Origin: Candidatus Woesearchaeota archaeon
GTDB taxonomy: Archaea > Nanobdellota > Nanobdellia > Pacearchaeales > GW2011-AR1
DNA length: 64,000 nucleotides
Reading direction: 5' to 3'
Assembly (NCBI GenBank): GCA_964578845.1
Contig: CAZOEF010000001.1
Location: 104,591-168,590 of the forward strand
Shown: positions 19,719-29,322 of the stretch, in pieces
Position numbering within the stretch: position 1 is the first letter of the stretch
How the letters are laid out: the number at the start of each line of letters is the position of its first letter
Translations under genes and position numbers: made by a program
The notes under the pieces: model-generated
Databases searched by the model: none
The model's input: the letters and a program-made list of their open reading frames with translations, nothing else
Told to the model about the DNA's origin: nothing

Positions 19719-20666
19719 TTAATTTTTTAGATATTTGATTACGAAATTTTTGTTTTGAACGAGTGCCTTGTAAAGAAATTCTGCTCTTTGTATCATTCTT
19801 CTCTCCTGTGAGATTTGTATCTCTGATGCATTAGCCTGCACTAATTCTTCCAGCCTTTCTTTTCTTGTAATTAATCTATTTTCTACAGTAGCAAAAGCCT
19901 CTTCGTATGTAGTGATGGAATTCTCCATTGTCCAGTCTTCAATGATTTCACGTTGGTTCTCAATCCTATGATCCACTAAATCATTCTGCATCAAGTCTAT
20001 CCTTCTTTCAATGGGAATCTCTGAGCCAAAAATATCTGCCCTTTTAATAGAATCAATGCTTCCCAGCATCTCCGTTGATAATACGAGATTCCAATCCATC
20101 TGGCTGGTTAATGACGCAAGGGCATAAGCAAATTCTAAGGTAGGAGATGTATCCTGGATGTATCTTTTGAAAGTAGAGTGTGCGAAAGAGGCATTATCCC
20201 CTTCCTCATGCTGCATTTTCCTGAATATTGGCAGGAAGTAATTTATCAGAACTTCAGGAGATGGCTTGGCGCCTCTAAAGCCTGTCAGTAATTCACCCCA
20301 TTTTTTTAGGGGGTGATTTGCTCTTCTGAAAGTTGCATCCCCAGAATGATAGGATTTTTGATCATCCTCTTTTACCCCTGATTTATTAAAAATATCAGTT
20401 TCTAAATCTGCCGCATCTTTATCAAGAACATCTAAAGCATGTGCAATTCCTACTATCCTTTCAGGAGTTGCTTCATAAATAAGATCTGCAATGCCTAATT
20501 CCTGCCTTAATGCAATATTGATGGCATCTGCTACTCTCGAAGGGTTTGCCCTCAAGGCAGCCATTCTTTCAAGATAGTTCCAGGCCTGTTTAGTCCCTAT
20601 GTATTTCTCCCGCTTCAGCTCCTGAATAGCTTCAAATCTTATCCTCATCCTTTCGCTTTTATCCAT
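19719..20666 (-). CDS. Hypothetical protein
   Basis: 315-aa ORF with TATA box, convergent with EF-2. Confidence 0.7.
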   Translation of the reverse strand: MDKSERMRIRFEAIQELKREKYIGTKQAWNYLERMAALRANPSRVADAINIALRQELGIADLIYEATPERIVGIAHALDVLDKDAADLETDIFNKSGVKEDDQKSYHSGDATFRRANHPLKKWGELLTGFRGAKPSPEVLINYFLPIFRKMQHEEGDNASFAHSTFKRYIQDTSPTLEFAYALASLTSQMDWNLVLSTEMLGSIDSIKRADIFGSEIPIERRIDLMQNDLVDHRIENQREIIEDWTMENSITTYEEAFATVENRLITRKERLEELVQANASEIQISQERRMIQRAEFLYKALVQNKNFVIKYLKN

Positions 20667-20780
20667 TAAAAATAGTCTAAATGAGGATTTTTAAACGTTG
20701 TTATTGTTACTATTTACAAGTAAGAATTAATTGAGAGTTAACTATGGAATCTTTCGGCAGTAGAGAATTTTAATAAGCCT

Positions 20781-20874
20781 AAATAATCTTATTTAATTAT
20801 ATTAAATCTTAATAATTGATTAAATCTGGCATAGTCAAGAACGCAATATTTATTAACCTTAAATAACTTTATTT
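20781..20874. promoter_or_regulatory. Two palindromes AAATAA-N2-TTATTT, 80 bp apart, upstream of the RHH gene
   Basis: 20781-20794 and 20861-20874, each inside a 33-bp imperfect direct repeat. Confidence 0.5.
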
Positions 20875-20897
20875 TATTATAAAAGAAGAGGTTAAAA

Positions 20898-21095
20898 TTG
20901 GCACTTAAAACGTTCAATATAAATGCAGATATTTATGAGGAGTTTTCTAAGCATTGCAAAGCTGAGGGCATAAGCATGAGCAAGAAGGTTGAGAAGTTCA
21001 TAAAAGAAGAACTTGAGAGGATCAAGAATTCAGGAGATAATCATGTCGAAGAAATGAAAAATATTTCTGGTCACGTGATGAGCAAGTATTGCTGA
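20898..21095 (+). CDS. Ribbon-helix-helix DNA-binding protein
   Basis: KTFNINADIYEEFSKHCKAEGISMSKKVEKFI pattern; TTG start. Confidence 0.75.
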   Translation: MALKTFNINADIYEEFSKHCKAEGISMSKKVEKFIKEELERIKNSGDNHVEEMKNISGHVMSKYC

Positions 21096-21433
21096 TGGCA
21101 GGATTAATCATAAAGGCTTTTTGCAATAAGGATGATTTAAAAAAACTTAGCCGTGGAGACGTTGTAGATTTCTTTCCTGATCCGAGATATGATCCTAAAA
21201 TACTCGATAAGGCTTTATGTGTTGAAGTGGATAGATCTAGCGCGGAATTCCTGATCAGGGCAGAACACGCCAAAAGGATTTACGAAGTAAAAATCCCATT
21301 GGGAAATCTTGCAGCTAACTGGAGTGGACAACTTGCATTGATAGACCCGCATAATTTCTTTCATTTAACTTACTTTTCGGGAACTACTGAATATGAAATA
21401 TGGGATAGAGACCTGAGAACTCACAGGCTTTAG
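21095..21433 (+). CDS. Hypothetical protein
   Basis: TGATG coupling to the RHH gene. Confidence 0.6.
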   Translation: MAGLIIKAFCNKDDLKKLSRGDVVDFFPDPRYDPKILDKALCVEVDRSSAEFLIRAEHAKRIYEVKIPLGNLAANWSGQLALIDPHNFFHLTYFSGTTEYEIWDRDLRTHRL

Positions 21434-21987
21434 GATTTCCACTTTATAGAACAACCCATCGACGGCTTCTGATCTTCTGCCTTTGGAAGATCAAGATCAT
21501 TTGCCAAAGCATTTACCGCTGAGAGCAATTCATGTTTTGTCACTAATGCCTCATCATGCCAGTTGTCGTCGATCCTTCCATGATAGACCAGCTCTTCTTT
21601 ATTATTGAACAGATAAATATCAGGAGTGCATTGCGCATTGAAAGATTTAGCGACATCCTGTGTTGAATCTATAAGATAAGGGAATTTTATCTCTAGTATC
21701 CTTATTAATTCTTTCATCTTCTCTGGAGAATCGTCTGGATAATCTGGATGGAGATTAGGGTTTATTGCGACAGAATTTATTCCAAGCTTCTTTGCCTGTG
21801 AAGCAATCTTTATGAAACGCTCCCATACTGCCTGCGCATATGGGCAATGATTGCATGTGAAAATAACAAGCAACCCCTTTTTTCCGACGAGATTGACAGA
21901 TGAAAATTCATCTCCTTCAGGATCCTTCAGGACAAAACCAGGCATTCTTGTGCCTAATGGAACGCTTTCTGATTTTAATAAAGCCAT
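21430..21987 (-). CDS. AhpC/TSA thioredoxin-like protein
   Basis: FTCNHCPY, AQCTPD, YHGRIDD, GCSIKW. Confidence 0.9.
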   Translation of the reverse strand: MALLKSESVPLGTRMPGFVLKDPEGDEFSSVNLVGKKGLLVIFTCNHCPYAQAVWERFIKIASQAKKLGINSVAINPNLHPDYPDDSPEKMKELIRILEIKFPYLIDSTQDVAKSFNAQCTPDIYLFNNKEELVYHGRIDDNWHDEALVTKHELLSAVNALANDLDLPKAEDQKPSMGCSIKWKS

Positions 21988-22099
21988 AAATTACGTCGGA
22001 AAAAAATGTTAATAAAGTTTTGGATTTTTTATATTGCAATTTACAGAAAAGTTTAAATACCCTAAAAAATAGACACAATTACTTTTAACGAAAAACAAA

Positions 22100-23377
22100 A
22101 TGGCAAAAGAAAAACCAACATTGAACGTCGCTTTCGTGGGACACGTTGACCACGGAAAGAGCACTACCATTGGTAGATTGATGTTCGATTCAGGAAAATT
22201 ACCTCCTCAGGAATTAGAGAAACTTAAAGTCTTAGCTCAAGAGCAGGGAAAAGCTGGATTCGAATTCGCTTACGTAATGGATAGATTCAAGGAAGAAAGA
22301 CAGAGAGGAGTTACAATTGACCTTTCTTACCAGAAATTACCAACACAGAAATATGATGTAACCATCATTGACGCTCCTGGACACAAGGACTTCATCAAGA
22401 ATATGATTACTGGTGCTTCACAGGCAGACTGCGCTTTCTTGACAGTTGCTGCACAAGAAGGAGTCCAGCCGCAAACAAAAGAACACGCTTGGCTACTACG
22501 AACAATGGGTGTTGGACAAGTTGCAGTACTAGTTAACAAGATGGATACTGTTGAATACAAAGAAGACGCTTATAAGAAAGTAGTTGCTGATGTTTCAGTT
22601 ATCTTAAAACAAGCAGGATACAAGACAGATACTATGCCTTTCATTCCTATTTCAGGATTCAAAGGGGACAATGTTGCTAAGAAGTCTGAAAATATGACTT
22701 GGTACAAGGGACCTACAATCCTTGAACAACTTGATCTATTCGAGCAGCCTGAAAAACCAACTCAGCTTCCATTAAGAATGCCATTACAAGATGTTTATGA
22801 AATCACTGGTATAGGAACTGTCCCAGTAGGAAAGATTGAGACTGGAGTAATGAAGATTGGCCAGAAAGTAGTAATCTTACCAGGAAGAAGCGGAACAGGA
22901 ATAAACGGAGAGATCAGAACAATTGAAATGCACCACGAACAATTACAGACTGCTGAAGCTGGAGACAACTGCGGTATTAACATTAGAGGCGTTGGCAAGA
23001 AGGATGTAGCTAGAGGAGATGTTATTTGTGATGCATCAAGCCCTGCAACATTAGCTGAAGAATTCGTAGCACAAGTCGCTATAATCTCACACCCTACAGT
23101 AATAGCTAAAGGATACACACCTGTATTCCACGTACATACAGCTCAGGTACCTTGCCAATTTGTAGAGCTTATTGAGGTAAACAGGGGCGGACAGACTACC
23201 CCTAATCCGGACTTCTTGAAGAATGGAGATGTAGCCAAAGTAAGAATCAAACCAATCGGAAACTTAGTATTAGAGACACAGGCTCAGAATCCTCATATGT
23301 CAAGGTTTGCTATCAGAGACGCTGGAGCTACAGTTGCTGCTGGAGTCTGCATAGACATCACTGCTAAGAAGATTTAA
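22100..23377 (+). CDS. tuf: Translation elongation factor EF-1 alpha
   Basis: [23 protein letters not shown]. Confidence 0.98.
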   Translation: MAKEKPTLNVAFVGHVDHGKSTTIGRLMFDSGKLPPQELEKLKVLAQEQGKAGFEFAYVMDRFKEERQRGVTIDLSYQKLPTQKYDVTIIDAPGHKDFIKNMITGASQADCAFLTVAAQEGVQPQTKEHAWLLRTMGVGQVAVLVNKMDTVEYKEDAYKKVVADVSVILKQAGYKTDTMPFIPISGFKGDNVAKKSENMTWYKGPTILEQLDLFEQPEKPTQLPLRMPLQDVYEITGIGTVPVGKIETGVMKIGQKVVILPGRSGTGINGEIRTIEMHHEQLQTAEAGDNCGINIRGVGKKDVARGDVICDASSPATLAEEFVAQVAIISHPTVIAKGYTPVFHVHTAQVPCQFVELIEVNRGGQTTPNPDFLKNGDVAKVRIKPIGNLVLETQAQNPHMSRFAIRDAGATVAAGVCIDITAKKI

Positions 23378-23425
23378 TTTTTTTATTACCTAAATTTATA
23401 TAAAGAACTTAATCTCATTTGAGGT

Positions 23426-23989
23426 ATGCCTATTCTTGAAGAAAGGATTTCTGCAAATAGTGACATAGCTTTGAAAGCAATAAGGACAATTCCTAATGAA
23501 GTAAATAAAATGGAAATAAGGATTAGTTTTCAGGGCTTGCCTGAACCACAATTCTTCAGTTCAAACAAAAAGGAATTCAGTATAAAGGTCGGAGAATTAA
23601 TTGAAAAAGGAGTAATGCCTTCCACAGAATTATGCTTTGAATGGGATTCGTCAAAAGAATTATTTATTTCAAGAGAAAGCAAAGTACATCCCAGGGTGCC
23701 TCACCTCCCGCTTATGAAGGGAGGAAAGATCCATATCTTTACATATATAGCTACACCCTATGAAAAGGGAGGTTTCAATAAGTTTAGAGATAATTACTTG
23801 GATAATCTGCTAGCGGAAGGTTATTTGCCACTGGAAGCTGAGATGGAATGCCCTCTAATAGGAAATCACGGTCAAGGTTATATGTGTGTAAGATACTCAA
23901 GAGGCAATTTATCTATCTTTGAGAGGCTAGATGTGAAAAGAGAGGATGTTGAAAGATTTAAAGAATGGATGCAAACGTTAAGATCTTAG
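23426..23989 (+). CDS. Hypothetical protein
   Basis: 187-aa ORF with own TATA box. Confidence 0.65.
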   Translation: MPILEERISANSDIALKAIRTIPNEVNKMEIRISFQGLPEPQFFSSNKKEFSIKVGELIEKGVMPSTELCFEWDSSKELFISRESKVHPRVPHLPLMKGGKIHIFTYIATPYEKGGFNKFRDNYLDNLLAEGYLPLEAEMECPLIGNHGQGYMCVRYSRGNLSIFERLDVKREDVERFKEWMQTLRS

Positions 23990-24047
23990 AATATCATTAA
24001 TAGTGCAATGCAATAAAGATTATAAAGAGAGGATTTCAGTTTTTATT

Positions 24048-24629
24048 ATGAGAGTGATAGACAGGCCGGTGGCTGAGAAATCAAAGAGTGAAATAGAAAA
24101 AAGGATGAGCACTATGGGTGACTATGTCAAGATGAGCTATCTTCAAAGAGCATTGAAATCAGGCCTTGATTTTGACACAAAGAAATTTGTCCTTTTTAAA
24201 CTTGCAGAAGTATATGAGCAGAGGAGGATGTATTTAGAGGCTGCGAAAATGGTGAAGGCAGGAGCTGAGATAAACACCACATTCAAGGACAAGATAAAAG
24301 ATTTTATGAGGTCAGTCAATCTTTGCGTGAAAGCTAATGATTTTGCTGAAGCTGACAGGATATTTGCGCAAGCACTAGCTTTAGGAAGTGAGCGAGAGAA
24401 GCAAGAAATGAAGGAAAGCTTAAGGGAATTCTACAGGGCACATGCAAGGTTCTGCTTGAGCAATGATAAGAGAAGCTATGCGAAGAACGCGTATGAAAAA
24501 TTATTGAGCCTGGAGACAAATCCCCAGTCAAAGAAGGAAACACAGCAGCAATTACTAGAGTTGTACAACAGGCTTGGCCTGATAAAAAATTATTACTCAT
24601 TGAAAGACAACATAAACAAGGCTTCTTAA
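24048..24629 (+). CDS. TPR-like helical protein
   Basis: Helical repeats (LAEVYEQRRMYLEAAK, AKNAYEKLL); ATG about 25 nt after TTATAAA. Confidence 0.65.
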   Translation: MRVIDRPVAEKSKSEIEKRMSTMGDYVKMSYLQRALKSGLDFDTKKFVLFKLAEVYEQRRMYLEAAKMVKAGAEINTTFKDKIKDFMRSVNLCVKANDFAEADRIFAQALALGSEREKQEMKESLREFYRAHARFCLSNDKRSYAKNAYEKLLSLETNPQSKKETQQQLLELYNRLGLIKNYYSLKDNINKAS

Positions 24630-24668
24630 AAAAATAAATGCCCAAAAAATCAAGGGCTTCTTGAAAAT

Positions 24669-24791
24669 TCAATAGTCAGATGAATCAAGTCCTTCGAAAA
24701 GCTCTTCAGTCTCTTCGACAGGCTCAAATTCCTCGTCGGCCATTTGCACATTGTGCTCTGGCATGTCAAAAAGTTCTGTTTCTCTCACCAT
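24669..24791 (-). CDS. Small acidic peptide (40 aa), not in the ORF track
   Basis: MVRETELFDMPEHNVQMADEEFEPVEETEELFEGLDSSDY; TTTATATA box about 30 nt upstream. Confidence 0.55.
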   Translation of the reverse strand: MVRETELFDMPEHNVQMADEEFEPVEETEELFEGLDSSDY

Positions 24792-24897
24792 CTTTTTCTA
24801 AGCCTAGTGGTTAGGAGTGATATATAAATCTTTCCCGGAATTTTTGTGTATATTTTAAGACAACTAAAAATATATAAACAAAATAACTTTTTTAATT

Positions 24898-25938
24898 TCA
24901 CCGCGATTTTTCTTTAGGATTAGATATTATTTGATTAATCTTATTCTTTATTTTATCGACGTCATTTAGATCTTTTATTTTATATCTTGGAATGAACGGA
25001 CCTGATTGTGACCGAAAGTTGTATCTTATTTTCGTCGGAGAGATAAGTGTAAATTCTCTGCTTGGCAAGTCATCCTTCCTTATTTCAGTATAAGGAGTAT
25101 CTGCTGAGGTCTGTTGGCCTATTTGAATAGTATTTGGCAAGGATAGTAATTTGTCTAAAAAGATAATTGAAGCGCTGCGTGAAGATTTATCAGTTATGAT
25201 TATTATTTTTGCATAAACTGGATTGTTCTTTTTAGCCTTAGAGACTTTTGTCCTTGGTTCTTTTAGGATTATGAATTCTTTATTTTGCCTGATTGCTTTT
25301 TCTATTTTTGAAACAACTTCGGTAAAATATCCTTTGGTCTTATCTGCTAGATTAGCCCCCTTGAGGCAGTTCTTATAGTGATTTAGATTTCCTTGTGAGA
25401 CTCTTATCTTGGCATATTTATTCCTTCCAGGAAAATTCTTTCTTGAGGAAATAAACTCTTTGCCCCATAGCTTTTCTATAATTCTATCACCCCAAACAGT
25501 CGCTCCCCCTTCAGTATTCCTCATATCGAAAACGATTAATTCATTATTCCTATAATTTTCAATCTTTTCAATAATATCATTCAATTTATTGAATTCTTTT
25601 TTAGTCCTTGGCAGGAATGAAGGTATCTTTACCCAAACCCTATCTTTTTGATATTCTCTTATGAAAAATTGTCTCTCCGCTTGGACTTTCCCTTTATCAG
25701 GTTTTTCCAGTCTTACGTGCACATCATCAAAACCTTGGATATATTTACTTAGGACATTCTCATAATCCTGTTTTGACTTAATTCTAGAGATTGAATTAAT
25801 TGATTTTCTAAACCCTTCTTCGAGCCATTTCCTGAATTTATTGCCTTCCTTAGATTTGTCCAATTGACCTGGATGGTTCTCTCTAAGAGTTTGATAAATG
25901 AATTCTAGATCCTGTTTAGCCCTATCCCTCCAGTCCAT
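24898..25938 (-). CDS. S41 family peptidase-like protein (divergent)
   Basis: DDVHV, IVFDMRNTEGG, ITDKSSRSAS, IGQQTSAD resemble S41 motifs. Confidence 0.65.
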   Translation of the reverse strand: MDWRDRAKQDLEFIYQTLRENHPGQLDKSKEGNKFRKWLEEGFRKSINSISRIKSKQDYENVLSKYIQGFDDVHVRLEKPDKGKVQAERQFFIREYQKDRVWVKIPSFLPRTKKEFNKLNDIIEKIENYRNNELIVFDMRNTEGGATVWGDRIIEKLWGKEFISSRKNFPGRNKYAKIRVSQGNLNHYKNCLKGANLADKTKGYFTEVVSKIEKAIRQNKEFIILKEPRTKVSKAKKNNPVYAKIIIITDKSSRSASIIFLDKLLSLPNTIQIGQQTSADTPYTEIRKDDLPSREFTLISPTKIRYNFRSQSGPFIPRYKIKDLNDVDKIKNKINQIISNPKEKSR

Positions 25939-26122
25939 AGATTATAGAAGGAGATATTTTATATAAAGATATCAACCAAAGCTTTATATACTCTCAATCA
26001 AGTTTATCATTAATTAAAGGTAGCTATTAGATTACCCTCATATTCACTTCACACGTTAGGACGTTTGATTAGATTTGTCCAATAGAATAAGAGATTCACG
26101 ATTTTCTACCTGTATCAACAAA

Positions 26123-27274
26123 ATGGCAAAAATAAGTCCGGTATCGATAAAATATATGATCTACGCTAGCTTCGCTGCTGAAGGCCCTCTTGAAAAGCCT
26201 GATGTTATCGGGGCTATTTTTGGGCAGACTGAAGGCCTTTTAGGTGCAGACTTAGAGATGCGTGAACTGCAAAAAGAAGGAAAGATTGGAAGGATCGAGG
26301 TTGACCTGAACACTATTGACGGAAAGACTGTAGGCGAGATACAATTGCCTAGTGCATTGGACAAATCAGAGACCACTATCATCGCTGCTACACTGGAAAC
26401 AATCGACAGAATCGGGCCTACTGAAGCCAAGATCGAGATAAAGAAAATCGAGGATGTAAGGGGCAACAAGAGAGATTATATTATAGAGAGAGCGAGAAAG
26501 CTTCTTGAAGGACTAGATACTTCAGGCGATGCAGGGATGGCAAAAGCCCTGAAGGATGAATCCAGAGCCGCCAGAATCCAGGAATATGGTTTTGAGAAAC
26601 TGCCTGCAGGAGATTTAACTAGCGACGAAATAATAGTTGTTGAAGGAAGGGCTGACGTTGTAAACCTACTAAAGAACAGAGTGAATAATGTTATTGGAAT
26701 GGATGGAGCAAAGCTTCCTAAATCTATTGCAGAATTAGGAAAAGAAAAAGAGCTTACATTATTTGTAGACGGTGACAGGGGCGGAAAACTTATCGCTAAG
26801 AATGTCACAGATAATGCAAAAGTAGCATATATCGCTGTAGCTCCTGACGGAAAGGAAGTTGAGGAATTGACAGGAAAAGAAATATTACAGAGTCTTAGAA
26901 GGAAGGTCACAGTCGAGGAATATTTCAGGAGAGAATCAAGGGGCTCACCAAGAAGGTTCTCAAGAGATGAAGAAGAGGAGGAAGTTCCTGAATATGAGGG
27001 AGATGTCAAGGAAGCATTGAAGGAAAAATATTCTGAAGTCGAGAACAGCAGGAAAGCATTAGTATTAGGAAATGATCTTGGATTCATCAGGAAAGTATCA
27101 CTAGGAGAATTACCAAGCACATTAAGAAGAACTAGAAAGAAAGTGTTTGCTGTTGTGATAGATGGCTCAGCCACTAAGTCAATAATTGAAGCCTGTGAAG
27201 AAAAAGGCGTATCTCATCTTGGAGCTAAAAATTTTGCTGCTGTTGATACTAAGATCAATCTAGTTAGCTTGTAA
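26123..27274 (+). CDS. dnaG: Archaeal DnaG-type primase (TOPRIM)
   Basis: DVIGAIFGQTEGLLG, IIVVEGRADV, FVDGDRGG. Confidence 0.96.
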   Translation: MAKISPVSIKYMIYASFAAEGPLEKPDVIGAIFGQTEGLLGADLEMRELQKEGKIGRIEVDLNTIDGKTVGEIQLPSALDKSETTIIAATLETIDRIGPTEAKIEIKKIEDVRGNKRDYIIERARKLLEGLDTSGDAGMAKALKDESRAARIQEYGFEKLPAGDLTSDEIIVVEGRADVVNLLKNRVNNVIGMDGAKLPKSIAELGKEKELTLFVDGDRGGKLIAKNVTDNAKVAYIAVAPDGKEVEELTGKEILQSLRRKVTVEEYFRRESRGSPRRFSRDEEEEEVPEYEGDVKEALKEKYSEVENSRKALVLGNDLGFIRKVSLGELPSTLRRTRKKVFAVVIDGSATKSIIEACEEKGVSHLGAKNFAAVDTKINLVSL

Positions 27275-27309
27275 GTAATTTTTAAATAGGCGCTAAATCT
27301 ATAATATTT

Positions 27310-27753
27310 ATGTACTGGGACTGGAAAAGAGGGGCGATACTTGCAGGAATAATAATCCTTACTTTCTTTACTCTCTATGTGACTTTCTCGCCGGAAAAAT
27401 GCCCTAATTTAGAATGTTTCCAGGAGAATTTGGCAAAATGCATGCCTGCAACTTATGTCAATGAAGAGCCTGAAGCTTCGTGGGGATACCAAATAGCCGG
27501 AAGAAAGGACGACAAATGCAGGATTGAAGTCACTTTACTAAGCGCTAAAGAAGGGCCTTTGGGGCTGAGAGATTATGAAGGGAATTCTATGGTATGTGCT
27601 TATCAGTTAGGATACCTGACATTTCCTGAGAAGAATTTAGATGCCTGCTCAGGAGAGCTGAAAGAAAATATGCAGTCTGTAATAATAGAGAAATTATACA
27701 GATACATAATAGACAACCTTGGGGAAATTTCCGAAGGTGTTGATGAAATCTAG
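27310..27753 (+). CDS. Membrane-anchored Cys-containing hypothetical protein
   Basis: N-terminal TM helix and six Cys in the downstream domain. Confidence 0.7.
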   Translation: MYWDWKRGAILAGIIILTFFTLYVTFSPEKCPNLECFQENLAKCMPATYVNEEPEASWGYQIAGRKDDKCRIEVTLLSAKEGPLGLRDYEGNSMVCAYQLGYLTFPEKNLDACSGELKENMQSVIIEKLYRYIIDNLGEISEGVDEI

Positions 27754-27787
27754 AAAATATTAAATAGGTTTGATAAGCAGGTTTTTT

Positions 27788-28204
27788 ATGCCTGAACTGA
27801 TAGGACCCTTAGAAATCGTAGCGCATTCTAATGTCATACTTAAAGTTGACCAGGAATATAATGCTAAAAGGCTGAAAGTCATAACTTCAAGAGGAGAAAC
27901 TGGAGATCTGCAGATACTAATAGGACCAAATGATGACGGAAATATGCCTATTGAAATAACTAATCCTGATAGGCATATAATAAGGACAAGATGGAATAAT
28001 AGCTATGACATTTACTTTAAGAAAATTAATGTCCCTATTGTGGAGGTCAGAAGATTTAGAAAACCTTTAATGATAGGTTATTTCCTGTTTGCCGCGAATA
28101 AGGAAATCCTAAACGAATCAAACTCATATCGCCTGCTTTGCGAAGACGTGGTCAGTTCAGAGGAATACTTGGAGAGAGTCAGGGAACTTAGAGGAAAAAG
28201 ATAA
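27788..28204 (+). CDS. Hypothetical protein
   Basis: ORF with TATA box upstream. Confidence 0.6.
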   Translation: MPELIGPLEIVAHSNVILKVDQEYNAKRLKVITSRGETGDLQILIGPNDDGNMPIEITNPDRHIIRTRWNNSYDIYFKKINVPIVEVRRFRKPLMIGYFLFAANKEILNESNSYRLLCEDVVSSEEYLERVRELRGKR

Positions 28205-28228
28205 AAGCTGATTTTTCTTGTTTTATAT

Positions 28229-28999
28229 ATGGATATAAAATTAGGGCCGGCAGGGCTTGGGCCTGTCAAAACAGCTGAACAGGTTTTGGAAGAATACCAC
28301 AAGAAAGGCTTTCGTGCAGTAGAGGTAGCTTTCACATATTCTGTTTATATTAAAGACAAGGAAGACGCTGCAAGGATAGGCAAGAAAGCAAAAGATTTAG
28401 GGATATCGTTAAGCATACACGCGCCTTATTGGGTAAACCTTAATTCTTCTGAAAAAGAAAAGAGGGAGGCTACAAAACAGAGAATACTCAGATGCTGTGA
28501 AGTAGGTGAATGGCTTGGAGCAAAAAGAGTTGTCTTCCATCCTGGTTTTTACGGCAAGAACAAAGAAGGTGCTTATGAAATGATCAAAGAAGGGATAAAG
28601 GATATTATGTCTGAAATGAAGAAGAAGAAATGGTCTATACAGATAGCCCCAGAGACTATGGGGAAAGTGAATGTGTTTGGAAGCCTAGAAGAAGTATCCC
28701 AATTAGTTAAAGACACAGGATGCAGTTTCTGCATAGATTTCGCACACATTTTAGCTAGAGACAAAAAGGTAGATTATGAAAGGGTGAAAAAGCTGTTTCC
28801 ACAAAAAGAATGGCACTGCCATTTCTCAGGGATAATTTACGGTGATAAGGGAGAAAAGTCGCATAAATCGACAGAGACTAAAGAATGGAAAGACCTATTT
28901 AATAATTTACCCAAGGATAAAAAGATAACTTTGGTGAATGAGTCACCTACGATGATAGATGACTGTATTGAAGCTATCAAGCTACTCAGGAAGACTTAG
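28229..28999 (+). CDS. nfo: Endonuclease IV (AP endonuclease family 2)
   Basis: SIHAPYWVNL, VFHPG, PETMGK, CIDFAH, HCHFSG. Confidence 0.92.
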   Translation: MDIKLGPAGLGPVKTAEQVLEEYHKKGFRAVEVAFTYSVYIKDKEDAARIGKKAKDLGISLSIHAPYWVNLNSSEKEKREATKQRILRCCEVGEWLGAKRVVFHPGFYGKNKEGAYEMIKEGIKDIMSEMKKKKWSIQIAPETMGKVNVFGSLEEVSQLVKDTGCSFCIDFAHILARDKKVDYERVKKLFPQKEWHCHFSGIIYGDKGEKSHKSTETKEWKDLFNNLPKDKKITLVNESPTMIDDCIEAIKLLRKT

Positions 29000-29186
29000 A
29001 AATCCTTTCCCTAAGCCTGTCTATCTCAATCAATTTTGTCCTGGCCTGCATAGGGTTAACTTTGCAAAGGTTTAAAATAGACAGAATTTTCTGCAAAACA
29101 TCGTCATAACTATCCCTGGGATGGACTTTCAGCTTATCAAGACGCTTTTTTGTCTCCCTATCCAGCTTTACCGTGGTGGTATCCAT
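28986..29186 (-). CDS. Small RHH/antitoxin-like protein
   Basis: TTVKLDRETKKRLDKLK..DSYDDVL pattern. Confidence 0.7.
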   Translation of the reverse strand: MDTTTVKLDRETKKRLDKLKVHPRDSYDDVLQKILSILNLCKVNPMQARTKLIEIDRLRERISKSS

Positions 29187-29322
29187 TCTGGTATACCAAA
29201 GTGGAAGTTTATAAGTCTTTTTGTTACTACACAATCAATACAAATCTGTTGTCATCGTAAAGTTTATAAAGGAATTCTGGGTTGGAATATTAACTAAATT
29301 TAAAATGCAACACACAAACAAA

